This document shows, one piece after another, positions 40,269 through 50,116 of a stretch of 62,536 bases of DNA (within the stretch, counting starts at the first letter, position 1; each line of letters begins with the position of its first letter). The notes below the pieces were generated by a model. The model ran no database searches. It was not told where the DNA came from and worked only from the letters and a program-made list of their open reading frames with translations. The position numbers and the translations under genes are program-made. Source of the DNA: a virus; the UHGV virus genome UHGV-0020642, one strand, 5' to 3'.

Positions 40269-42320
40269 TTATGCGTGTACACGTTCTAGGTGCAAGCTCA
40301 CGCCCCGGCAACCATCAGCCACATTCGAGTTCAACAGGTTAATATTCGAACTAACAGACCACGAACCACAGTTCGAAGAGTAGTCGTAACCACCACCTAG
40401 TATCACCACATAAGGAACACCATAAGTACCGCCACGTCTAGCATCTGCAAAGGCATTCCAGTTTTGTGAACCAGTTGCCGCGATTTGTCTAGATACTTGC
40501 CATAAGTAACCGCAACAGCATTCTATAAAGTAACCAGAAATCATACGTTTTCCAGCTGTATCTAAATATCCACCACATTTTTTATCAGTTGGGATATTTG
40601 AACCTTGAATATTCGTTTTCTGGTTAGAACCTTCTGCGAATGTCATAAATTCATCTCTACTTGCTGGCATTTTACCTACCTGTTTTAAATCCCAGAAGAA
40701 GTTTTGATATTGTCTGTTATTAGAAATTGTACCTGCATAGCTAGAAGCAGAAGCTGAACCTGTTCCACTTAACAAGTAAATATCTACCCAAACTCTAACA
40801 TCATTTCTATCTACAAACGCCATGCCTTTATTTCCTGTTTTGGCCGCTGAACGAAAAGCAGGAGTCCAAGAAGAGTTAGGAATAAAGTAACCTGCATTAT
40901 AACCTTTTGCTGGGTGGTTCATCCAAAAACTATCAGCAGGAAGGTCTGGTGCATTACTTTCTGTAACACCCACGCATAAAGTGTGAGCTCCACCTATTTG
41001 AACTGCGTTTGTAATACCTGTAGGTAATTGTTCGTTTAAACTAGCAACTAAATTACCTTGATTATCTAAATAGAAATAATAATCTTTACCATTACTTACT
41101 GTACCGGTATCTAAAATTTCTGAAATTGGTTTAAGCAAATCATTTTCTGTATAGAATGTATCACCGTTTGCTTTTCTAATTGCTGTGCCACCTTTAATAG
41201 TTACATATTGCTTATCTGCAAAAATAAAATTTGGTTGTTTATATTCAAATTCTCTATTTGCATACCAAATAATATTTGCTTTTTTAGGTAATTCTGCAAG
41301 ACATTGAGTTGTATTAGTTAAAGAAGTTTCATCTGCTCCTGTTGCTAATTGTACCATTGGTCTTAATTTAATTGAATTTGGTTGTACTTTTGCATTGTCT
41401 TGGTAAACAGTATTGCCTATTGAAGCATCAATTTCGGCATCGCCCGTGTTATCAGTAGCGCCTGTGGTATTCCAATTAAATACACCTTTACTACTATTAG
41501 AGATACGAACTTGTCTGTTCGAAAGATTATCACCTATAAATGTTCTACCGACATAACCCGCAACATTTGGTAAACTTTCAGAAACAAATTGTCCTACTTT
41601 ACTAACTTCATCAGCTTGCACATAAATTTCTTTAATTTTAGGCACTTTAAATTTTTGATTTGTAGTATCTAAACCAAAGTATGTACAAACACCAGTAGAT
41701 TCAACTTGAGACGCATAAGTTTCATAATCTACACTCGGTATAGAACCTGCAACCAATAAATCATATGGGTTTGTATCACCTGTAAAGTCAGATTTATTAA
41801 ATTCTTGGGCATTACATTCATAAGCCCCATTTAAAGAATTATCTTTTCTAAACGTCCAGAAAAAATCACCTATGTTTCTACCTACTGCTCCTTTATTTTC
41901 TAAAATATAGAAACAATCTTGAGTAGAGTCATATCTTAATGTTACAAGCCAACCTTGTGGAATAGAGCCTGCTGTTAATGCTTGATTTTTAAGTGTTTTA
42001 ATTTGTTTTGCACCAAGACTATTTACATTTACATAACAATCTCCTGTATTAGAAGTTGAGGATTTAAAGACAACTTCCATACCGTTGAAATAACTTGTGG
42101 GTGCTACGTTTTGAGAATCATCTGAAAAAGTTACCGGAGCTAATACATAAGTATTAGAACTATAACTTGTATTCTCATAAAAAGAACCATTACTTGCATA
42201 AACTGGCATTAGGTTGGCTAAATTATTGATACCTTCGCCTATATTATTCATATGAATAGGTCTTACAGTATCATTGTCAACCCAATTAGTTTTTTGGTCC
42301 GCTACTAAATTGTTAGACAT
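40269..42320 (-). CDS. tail fibre protein, DGR target (variable C-terminal domain)
   Basis: 683 aa, last gene of the tail/baseplate cluster. Its C-terminus ...GGGYDYSSNCGSWSVSSNINLLNSNVADGCRGVSLHL carries the VR; the variable residues correspond to AAY/AAA codons in the TR. Confidence 0.75.
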   Translation of the reverse strand: MSNNLVADQKTNWVDNDTVRPIHMNNIGEGINNLANLMPVYASNGSFYENTSYSSNTYVLAPVTFSDDSQNVAPTSYFNGMEVVFKSSTSNTGDCYVNVNSLGAKQIKTLKNQALTAGSIPQGWLVTLRYDSTQDCFYILENKGAVGRNIGDFFWTFRKDNSLNGAYECNAQEFNKSDFTGDTNPYDLLVAGSIPSVDYETYASQVESTGVCTYFGLDTTNQKFKVPKIKEIYVQADEVSKVGQFVSESLPNVAGYVGRTFIGDNLSNRQVRISNSSKGVFNWNTTGATDNTGDAEIDASIGNTVYQDNAKVQPNSIKLRPMVQLATGADETSLTNTTQCLAELPKKANIIWYANREFEYKQPNFIFADKQYVTIKGGTAIRKANGDTFYTENDLLKPISEILDTGTVSNGKDYYFYLDNQGNLVASLNEQLPTGITNAVQIGGAHTLCVGVTESNAPDLPADSFWMNHPAKGYNAGYFIPNSSWTPAFRSAAKTGNKGMAFVDRNDVRVWVDIYLLSGTGSASASSYAGTISNNRQYQNFFWDLKQVGKMPASRDEFMTFAEGSNQKTNIQGSNIPTDKKCGGYLDTAGKRMISGYFIECCCGYLWQVSRQIAATGSQNWNAFADARRGGTYGVPYVVILGGGYDYSSNCGSWSVSSNINLLNSNVADGCRGVSLHLERVHA
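40299..40408 (-). repeat. DGR variable repeat (VR) inside the 3' end of the tail-fibre gene
   Basis: Aligns to the TR at an offset of 255 bp. In my hand alignment there are 10 substitutions, all at minus-strand TR adenines (10 of about 29 As) and none at the other ~81 positions. The VR ends 28 nt before the stop codon. Confidence 0.85.
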
Positions 42321-43282
42321 TATGCTTCCTCCTGTAATTTTAATGTGTGTACTAATTGAACAGTATCTGGAACTGGAATATATACATTAGCATTCTCAAG
42401 TACATTATCCTCAGTATCCAGTAGTTTTATATTTGTTATATTCTCAATTTGACTTCTTTCTACAGAATATTCTAATCTAATAGTATCCGGGCCAATTGTT
42501 TTATGAGAATCTTGAATAACAATTTCTAAAGTATCATTTAATTTTGCTTTATAGAATTTTGGTTTATATTTTTCTAAAGTATAATCAAATAAAGGCTGTT
42601 GTAAACTTTTAATATTTGGCATTTTTACGATTTCTCCTTGCTGTCTTGTAAACGAATCAATTCCTAATTTCCAATCACCATTAAGTCTGTAATTATAAAT
42701 AGTTTCGCCGTCAACACTATAAAAAGGACTAGCTCCTAAAGACCATCTGCCGTCTAGTTTATAGTTCCAAATTAATTTTTGAGCATATATAGTCTCATTT
42801 ATATTTAAAACTTTACTAACTCGTGGCACATTGATAAAAATCATATTACAAGGCTTAACTGCTGTAATAGATACTTGTATTTCGTGATACCATAAACTAT
42901 CTTCAACAGCACTTTCTAATAATATTGTAAAATTATCATTATCCACATCTAATTTATAGCGACCTTTGCCGAAAAATCCATCCAACATAATTCTTAAATA
43001 GTAATATGTGTATGGAGGAGTTAGCATTTTCATTCTAGATAAAATACGTTCTCTTCTAAATTGTACTGATTCTGTTTCAGGATTAGCTACAATATTAAAT
43101 ATATTTTCATAATAAGGTAATACTTTTAAACTTGCAAATTGTACAAACTGGTCCATTAATGCTTGTTCGTAAGTATTATTCATCTTATTTATTTCAATAG
43201 AAAGAGAGTCTTGCTGAGTTTCTGACTCAACAACACCCTCGTACACTATAGGCAAGTATTGTTTTAAATCTACATTATTCAT
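42320..43282 (-). CDS. baseplate/tail protein (XkdU/DUF2313-like), putative
   Basis: 320 aa; position between baseplate J and the tail fibre matches the PBSX-like order. Confidence 0.4.
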   Translation of the reverse strand: MNNVDLKQYLPIVYEGVVESETQQDSLSIEINKMNNTYEQALMDQFVQFASLKVLPYYENIFNIVANPETESVQFRRERILSRMKMLTPPYTYYYLRIMLDGFFGKGRYKLDVDNDNFTILLESAVEDSLWYHEIQVSITAVKPCNMIFINVPRVSKVLNINETIYAQKLIWNYKLDGRWSLGASPFYSVDGETIYNYRLNGDWKLGIDSFTRQQGEIVKMPNIKSLQQPLFDYTLEKYKPKFYKAKLNDTLEIVIQDSHKTIGPDTIRLEYSVERSQIENITNIKLLDTEDNVLENANVYIPVPDTVQLVHTLKLQEEA

Positions 43283-44450
43283 TTATAGTAATTTCTCCAA
43301 CTATTGGTACCTGTTGAAGAGTTTCATTTTCTGTTAATGTTATATCGTCTAAGGCACCATTTAATTTACAAGATGTAATATTCTCAACACCTGTGGTATT
43401 TAATATAGCACTTCTAACTCTTGCTATAATTACCTTTAAGCTATAATTGTTTAAATCATCAGCTTGGTCCCACTCTTTGCGTAAACTTAGAAAATAATTT
43501 TCTATATTAGTTTTAATATTTGGGTCTACTGCTTGAGAAGAATATGATTTTTTATATTCTACAGTAGCTTCAATATTTACTTTTAAAGCTGTTCCGCCTA
43601 CAACTGTAACAACGTGACCAATTGGTGCTTTGCCAAGACCCTTACCTGCATATTCATCATTATAATGTGGGTCAACAGCTTTTTGAATATTTGCTATAAG
43701 TGTTGAGCTGGGAATACTAAAAGAAGAATCAATAAAAGAAATTTTTACAGTTCCTCCTCCATCCCAAGCTGGATATATTTGACAAATACCTACACCGTCT
43801 AAAGATTCAACATATTGTCTATAATCAGTTATATTGCCCCCGAAAGGTTTTTCATTTACTACTTCAAAATATTTGTTTCTTAAATCTTCAATATCTTGGT
43901 CATCTTCACCAGGAACTAGAATATCCGTTAGAGTTGCTGTTGCTAATCCAGATAAATTCAATACTGGTACTATTTCTCCAAAATATTCATTACCTATGGT
44001 ACCAGTTTCTGTACACTCTAAAATGTAAGAACCTGGAACTGTTTCATCATTTTTAGTGTAAACTGAAATTACTTTAAAATTTACTAAATTGGTTTCACTA
44101 ACTGTTGAAAATTCTGTACCTATTGTGATAGGATAAGGTTGTCCTGCTCCATCTGTAAATGTTCCAAGTCTTTTTGCATAGGTAGCCGGTTCTCTTTCAA
44201 TTCCCTGTTCTGCACATCTATATTCAAGAAATGGAGATTGAGCTGTGGCCGCAAACGCATTTAAAATCATAGCTTGCAAATACAAATAAGCCTTAGCTAT
44301 CTCTATACAACAAGGAGCTCCAGCATCCCAAATAATAGAGCCTTCACGTTTGTCCACATCATCTCTAACATTACCAAGATAACTTGCTAAAATATATTCA
44401 TAATCTTGCTCATCTACATAATCTGGAACTTCAGGTATATTACTAGCCAT
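43275..44450 (-). CDS. baseplate J-like protein
   Basis: 391 aa; position and size match XkdT/gpJ in this gene order. Confidence 0.55.
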   Translation of the reverse strand: MASNIPEVPDYVDEQDYEYILASYLGNVRDDVDKREGSIIWDAGAPCCIEIAKAYLYLQAMILNAFAATAQSPFLEYRCAEQGIEREPATYAKRLGTFTDGAGQPYPITIGTEFSTVSETNLVNFKVISVYTKNDETVPGSYILECTETGTIGNEYFGEIVPVLNLSGLATATLTDILVPGEDDQDIEDLRNKYFEVVNEKPFGGNITDYRQYVESLDGVGICQIYPAWDGGGTVKISFIDSSFSIPSSTLIANIQKAVDPHYNDEYAGKGLGKAPIGHVVTVVGGTALKVNIEATVEYKKSYSSQAVDPNIKTNIENYFLSLRKEWDQADDLNNYSLKVIIARVRSAILNTTGVENITSCKLNGALDDITLTENETLQQVPIVGEITINE

Positions 44451-44808
44451 AATTTAACTCCTTTGTTATTCCTTCTATATAACCTTCTGTAGAAATTACA
44501 TCAAAAGTTATTAAACAACTGTCAATAGTTTGTTGTTCAACTGTAAAATTTTGAATACTTTCTACTCTATCATCTTGTAATAAACAATCTTCAACGTAAG
44601 ACTGTAAATTTGTCTGTATATAGTCTAAATCTTGTCCTATAAAAGGTTCCATATCTAAACCATATAACCAGCCGTAAATTAAGTATCCAAATTTTTCAGT
44701 GTCTAAGGCCTTATAAATGGATTGAACCAATGCTTGCTTATTGTCAATCATTGATGAAATACGTCCTGTGGCGGAATTTATATAATATGTAAGTCCTGGT
44801 TCTGCCAT
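44443..44808 (-). CDS. baseplate wedge protein (XkdS/gp25-like), putative
   Basis: 121 aa, immediately upstream of the baseplate J-like gene. Confidence 0.4.
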   Translation of the reverse strand: MAEPGLTYYINSATGRISSMIDNKQALVQSIYKALDTEKFGYLIYGWLYGLDMEPFIGQDLDYIQTNLQSYVEDCLLQDDRVESIQNFTVEQQTIDSCLITFDVISTEGYIEGITKELNYG

Positions 44809-44853
44809 TTACTCCTCCTGAATTATTATAACACGAATTTGATAATTTGTGTA

Positions 44854-45912
44854 CTAATTTGTCATATTTTGCTTTAATAAATCAGCCATCTGTTTACTTG
44901 CTTTTGTAAAACTTAATTTCTTTAAAGAATTTGATACGGCCGCTGTGTCTTTACTTGTGATTTTTGAAACACCTAAAATATTATTTACAATTCCAAATCT
45001 GCCTCCCAAATCTTGTAAAGAACCCTTAATCTTCCAAACTTTTATAGTAGTGTCAAAAATTAAATTTCTAACACCGTTGTAAGTAGAAAATGCCCAAATT
45101 AATTTTTTAGACACTACTGGATAATATTTTTTACAAAAATTATAACAATCGCTAATTGTTTTAATAATTTTACTTTTAGTTTTATTTTCAGGGTTACTAG
45201 ACTTACCGTCATCATTTATAGCAGAACCTTTACTATTTAATTTTTTGGGCTTAATATCAGTCCATTCTATTAATGATAAATCATAGGTATAGTCACCGTT
45301 ACTTTCTGGATTTGACCTAAATGTATCTAAAGTATATTTTTTAGCAGGCATATTACCACCATCGTAAAAAGTCATAGATACTGTAAATGGTTGTTCCGAT
45401 GATGATAAAATTTTAAATAATTTAATGTACATATCTGGAGTAGGTTCTTTCTCAGTTAAACCTTTAATATCCTTTACTGTGTTGTCATATAAATTAGTGA
45501 TTCTATTACCCATATTTTGCAAACCTGACCAAGATAAATTTCTAGTAGTCGTATTCAAGTAGGGTGCAGATGTGTCATAAGGAAAGAAACTTGACCATCT
45601 AATTTGTGTGGCTTTTTTATATTTAGGTAATACAACCTCACCTATTCGAGCAACATTTTCAGAATCTTTTGAATTACCAAAGTCTAGTTGAATAGTTGGC
45701 GGAGTTACTGGTATTTCAAAAGCTATGGTGCCTGTGGGCTTATTATTTTCCATATATGCTTTGACAGTAAAACCTCGATATCCGTTACAAAAAGATAATT
45801 GTTCTGAGTAGTTTAGGGTCACAAAGATATGAGCAGGTCCTGGCGCTTTTTTAAGACCTGCGAATACACCTATAGGAAGTTTTTTAGATTTTAATGAGTC
45901 TAGTATTGCCAT
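44854..45912 (-). CDS. tail/baseplate protein
   Basis: 352 aa inside the tail module. Confidence 0.4.
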   Translation of the reverse strand: MAILDSLKSKKLPIGVFAGLKKAPGPAHIFVTLNYSEQLSFCNGYRGFTVKAYMENNKPTGTIAFEIPVTPPTIQLDFGNSKDSENVARIGEVVLPKYKKATQIRWSSFFPYDTSAPYLNTTTRNLSWSGLQNMGNRITNLYDNTVKDIKGLTEKEPTPDMYIKLFKILSSSEQPFTVSMTFYDGGNMPAKKYTLDTFRSNPESNGDYTYDLSLIEWTDIKPKKLNSKGSAINDDGKSSNPENKTKSKIIKTISDCYNFCKKYYPVVSKKLIWAFSTYNGVRNLIFDTTIKVWKIKGSLQDLGGRFGIVNNILGVSKITSKDTAAVSNSLKKLSFTKASKQMADLLKQNMTN

Positions 45913-46409
45913 TATTCCTCCTCTTGCGGAGTTTCATTTGTAATCATTTCTTCTCTTTCTAATACAAAATAAAACTGACCATCTTGTACTTTTAGTAATC
46001 TAACAACATCACCAACAATTAAACCTCTCCATAATCTAATTTTAGGTAATGCGTATTTTGTATAAATATCTATTGCGTGTTTATGTGATTGAGCCCCTTG
46101 CCCACCGTCGTTAGCTTCTTCAGTTTCACCAACAATGTGATGTCTGTGCATAAACACACCATCAGTCCCACCGTCTTCACTTGCTTCTGCTCCTGTCGTA
46201 GTAGGGATATCAACCCAAGTTTCTTTTACAGTTGCGGATAGTAAGAGTGAATTTTCATCCAATATTAATCTATCACTTATTTTTATTTGTAAGGGATTTA
46301 TATTAATCACTTCACCTGTCATAAAAAGCATTTGGTCTTCTTGCTCTTGTCTAACTACTGACATGACATGGTCTGTTATACCGTTTAAAAAATTAGTTAA
46401 ATCTATCAT
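45912..46409 (-). CDS. tail/baseplate protein (XkdR-like?)
   Basis: 165 aa inside the tail module. Confidence 0.35.
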   Translation of the reverse strand: MIDLTNFLNGITDHVMSVVRQEQEDQMLFMTGEVININPLQIKISDRLILDENSLLLSATVKETWVDIPTTTGAEASEDGGTDGVFMHRHHIVGETEEANDGGQGAQSHKHAIDIYTKYALPKIRLWRGLIVGDVVRLLKVQDGQFYFVLEREEMITNETPQEEE

Positions 46410-47713
46410 AAATCATATTCTCCATACGCACCAGAACTTATTGTAACATTCATTTTAAGAGGATGTTCTATAATAAATTCACATTGTTGAACTGTTCTAT
46501 ATACAGGTAAAAAATCTTGAGTGCCATCTTTGTTAGTTCTTGTCACTCCTACAGATGTATTTCCTATATCTTTTATTCCCACACCTACTAATTGTCCAGC
46601 TCGTAAACCTATAATACCATAACAACTCAATTGCAATGAATGAGTTTCTCTCCCTAAAATGTTTTGTAGTTGATTAGCTACATTCTGCATTTGAGCTTCT
46701 GTATAACTATCAGGACATTTATGGTAATACGGTAAATATCCCCATTTACCCTTTAATAAATTCCATTTATTTTTATCAGGGCCATTATTTGAAGATTTTA
46801 CAAGTCTTGTTCCAGTCTTTTTGCCATTTTTTAAAGTTTTGCCTTTTTTAGATAAATAAGTTTTTTGGTCTTTATAAAGAACAACTTCATTATAAGATTG
46901 TTTATCTATACTAGATTCATAATTATATTTTATAAGTAGTTCATCAGTAATAGGTACGTCTACCGTTAAATTATTTCTTAATTGAAATTGTACTTCGCCA
47001 CTTGTTTTAAATAATTGAGTATCCAAATAATTTTCAACATCTTTGTCTGCATCAAAATTAGATTCATGGTAAAATGTAAAATATTTTCTATTATCTTCTG
47101 ATGAATTTAATAAAGTTTGTGTTATAGCAAATTCCATTATATTAAAACCAGTTTTTCTATCGTAATTTTGAGCAGGTACTGGTGTTGTTGAATTAGTTAT
47201 AACAGAATAAGGTATTGCTAAATCTGTACATAATTTTTTAAATGTTTCACTGGCTGTTAGTCCTTTTGTGCCGTCTTGTGTCATCAATTGAGTTTTCATA
47301 TACATTAAAGGTGTTTTAAAATAACGCAAAAAATCAAATACTGTTACTTGCATATCATTTTTACCTGCGTATTGCATATTAAATATAAATCCACAAAACC
47401 AACAACGACCGTCGAGGTATAAACGTACTCGGTCACCATTTGAAAATGTTCTCTGGCAATCTTCGTGGAGTAATTTAAAAGTTAATGTGCCACAATTGTC
47501 TTTAAGCGAAGAACGCATTCTAATATTAGTACAACAATCGCTAACATCATAAATATTAGCATAAGTTCTAAATATTCCTTTTTCAGCAGAATATCCATAT
47601 TCAGTAGCTTGGTCTATAAATACTTCAATTTTTGGATATAGGTTAAAATAGTCAGAGAGAATAACCTTTGCAGGTGTATCTCCCCAAACTATGCCTGATT
47701 GTAATATTGTCAT
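46406..47713 (-). CDS. tail protein downstream of the tape measure (distal tail/hub-like)
   Basis: 435 aa; follows the tape measure as XkdP/Q do. Confidence 0.4.
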   Translation of the reverse strand: MTILQSGIVWGDTPAKVILSDYFNLYPKIEVFIDQATEYGYSAEKGIFRTYANIYDVSDCCTNIRMRSSLKDNCGTLTFKLLHEDCQRTFSNGDRVRLYLDGRCWFCGFIFNMQYAGKNDMQVTVFDFLRYFKTPLMYMKTQLMTQDGTKGLTASETFKKLCTDLAIPYSVITNSTTPVPAQNYDRKTGFNIMEFAITQTLLNSSEDNRKYFTFYHESNFDADKDVENYLDTQLFKTSGEVQFQLRNNLTVDVPITDELLIKYNYESSIDKQSYNEVVLYKDQKTYLSKKGKTLKNGKKTGTRLVKSSNNGPDKNKWNLLKGKWGYLPYYHKCPDSYTEAQMQNVANQLQNILGRETHSLQLSCYGIIGLRAGQLVGVGIKDIGNTSVGVTRTNKDGTQDFLPVYRTVQQCEFIIEHPLKMNVTISSGAYGEYDL

Positions 47714-49941
47714 GCTACCGCCTCCCCTCGCATAGAAGAAGCGATTGCAAGTTGCATTCCAGTATTTAATACCTCAGCGATTGAATTAGGGTCCATATTA
47801 GTTGATTTATCTACATTCATTTCAACTTTTTGAGGAACCATAACTTCGTTTTGTACTATCCATTGACGTTCTGCAATAGCTTTCATCATTTGGATACTAT
47901 CTGTATTAAGGTTAATATCTTCATCAATTCTACCAACACTATCCAATTTACCTTTTTTAGATTCAACTGGCATTGGTTTATTTTCCATAGAATTCATTTT
48001 ACCGTAAAAGGCTGATGTTGCCTTATTAACGTCTCTTAGAGCTTTTTGTTCAGGTGTAAGCATATCTTCTTTTGAAAATTTTCTTAATACACCTTGTTTA
48101 GCATCTAAATCCCATTGGTTCATTATTTGTTGTTTTTGTCTTTGAGATTCTAGATATTTTTTATTCCAATCATCTACCTGTCTTTGTTCTTGTGCTGTTA
48201 GTTTAACTTCATGACCGGCCGCTGACATAAATGTAGGTTTTGTGCCAATTCTTTGTCTTATTGCGTCATCTAGATTTCTTTCGTATTGGTATCTTGCGTC
48301 TTTTTGCTGACGAGATAATCTAATTTTTTCAGGGTCTAACTCATCTTTAATGTGTTTAAATGCAAGCATGGCCCCTACAATAGTAATAATGCCGGCCGCC
48401 ACAGCACCTAATTGACCAACAGTTAAACCTAATATACCTGCAAAAGAAGTGAATCCTGTTATTGCAGTGGTAATAAATACTTCTACATTAGCTACTAAAC
48501 CTATCATTCCCCAAGCTAGAGTTTGAATAAGAGTGCTTATAGTTTTTATAACAATGGGAATTTTAGTCCATACCCATAAACCACCTATTATAGCTATAAT
48601 TTTATAAATTTCTTTTAAGTGGTTTACTAGAAATACTATAACAGGAGCTATTCTTCTCATAAATGAAGTAGTAACAGTTAATAGATAATTTATACTATCC
48701 ACAATATTATAGATAAATTTTTCACCATTAGCTGTATTTAGCCAATTAACAAAATCTTTGACTAAATCTCGTAGTTTAATATAGCCTGTTATATTTTGTG
48801 TGATTACTTTTTGCCATTTATCTTGCATAATAATCAATAGCTGTCCAATAGTCCAAGGTGCGTGTTTGAAGATATCATCAATCTGACCTTGTACTTTTTC
48901 CATAGCTTGCATAATAGCTTCTGCGGTTAATTTACCATCAGCTCCCATTTGTTTTAATGCACCAGGATTAACGCCCATACCTCTTGCTAACATATATTTA
49001 AACATAGGAGCTTGTTCGGCAATTGACCTAAATTCATCTCCGCCTAATCTATTAGAGCCCATACCTTGAGCTAATTGTAACATTACCGCCCTATTTTCTT
49101 GTGCGGTTGTACCTGATATAGCCATTGTTTTGTTAAAAGTTTCTACAAATCTTAATATTCTATCGTTAGAAGCCTTAACACCTGACATAGCAATACGGTT
49201 ATATAACGAAATGGTACCTTCAGAATCTGCTCTGGTTCTAATAGCTGTGTCATATAATCTTGACATCATTTCAGTTGGTTGATATTTTTTATCAGAAGTT
49301 AATGCAACTCTTGTGATTCCGCCAATAAACTCATCGCCTGATTTTATAATAATATCGTGCATAAAATCCGTAAAACTTTTAAAACTAGCAATGACTGAAG
49401 GTATAGTGGCCGCTAATTGCATAAACTTATTACCTAAATCTGACATACCATAAGTGGTTTTAAAATAATCTGCACTTCTATCTCTTAGTACCTGCCACTT
49501 TGAAGGTGCGTGCAATCTTGCAAGTCTTTCATCAAAAGATAGACCATTAACATAACGACCTGTATTATATAGCATACGATTTCTTCTTAATTGTGCATTC
49601 TGTAAATATTGACCGTATCTAATTAAGTCGGCATCTTTAATATATTGTTTTTGACCATACATGGTGTGATGTTGAATACCACCATATCTTGCATTCCAAG
49701 ATAAAATACCTTCTCTTTCACCAACTCTTACAGCTTGTTTTAATGCTCTTTCAGTTTGTTTAGCTTGGTTTTCTACAGACTTTAATTCTCTACGCATATA
49801 AGACAAAGACATAGGTTTCTCTAAGGCCTTTATATTAGACCTTAGAGTTAGCATACGTTTATTTAATTTTTCTGCTTCTTGATATATACGTCTTAATGAA
49901 GGTGACATATTATCAATAAGATTTAATTGCTCTTCTGCCAT
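47710..49941 (-). CDS. tail tape measure protein
   Basis: 743 aa, a coiled-coil N-terminus, a central stretch of several hydrophobic helices (IAIIGGLWVW... GIITIVGAMLAF), downstream of the tail chaperone. Confidence 0.8.
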   Translation of the reverse strand: MAEEQLNLIDNMSPSLRRIYQEAEKLNKRMLTLRSNIKALEKPMSLSYMRRELKSVENQAKQTERALKQAVRVGEREGILSWNARYGGIQHHTMYGQKQYIKDADLIRYGQYLQNAQLRRNRMLYNTGRYVNGLSFDERLARLHAPSKWQVLRDRSADYFKTTYGMSDLGNKFMQLAATIPSVIASFKSFTDFMHDIIIKSGDEFIGGITRVALTSDKKYQPTEMMSRLYDTAIRTRADSEGTISLYNRIAMSGVKASNDRILRFVETFNKTMAISGTTAQENRAVMLQLAQGMGSNRLGGDEFRSIAEQAPMFKYMLARGMGVNPGALKQMGADGKLTAEAIMQAMEKVQGQIDDIFKHAPWTIGQLLIIMQDKWQKVITQNITGYIKLRDLVKDFVNWLNTANGEKFIYNIVDSINYLLTVTTSFMRRIAPVIVFLVNHLKEIYKIIAIIGGLWVWTKIPIVIKTISTLIQTLAWGMIGLVANVEVFITTAITGFTSFAGILGLTVGQLGAVAAGIITIVGAMLAFKHIKDELDPEKIRLSRQQKDARYQYERNLDDAIRQRIGTKPTFMSAAGHEVKLTAQEQRQVDDWNKKYLESQRQKQQIMNQWDLDAKQGVLRKFSKEDMLTPEQKALRDVNKATSAFYGKMNSMENKPMPVESKKGKLDSVGRIDEDINLNTDSIQMMKAIAERQWIVQNEVMVPQKVEMNVDKSTNMDPNSIAEVLNTGMQLAIASSMRGEAVA

Positions 49942-50116
49942 TATTTTTTAGCCCTTGCTTTGTCCATCTCAATTTTTTCTTTTTTAACTTTTTCGTCTAT
50001 AAAAGCAATTACAACTGATTTTTCTCTTCTGGACATTAGTGCGAATTTGGAGGGTTCCCAGTGGAAACGATGTAGGCAATAATATGCGTATATCGTCTCC
50101 GGGTCATCCTCCTCTA

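Noticed and set aside
40012-40383. 123-aa plus-strand ORF spanning the TR, spacer and VR
   Set aside because: Antisense to the tail fibre and to the DGR RNA. It exists only because the TR and VR are GC-rich repeats with no stop codons. The two halves of its protein are near-duplicates, reflecting the repeat rather than a gene.
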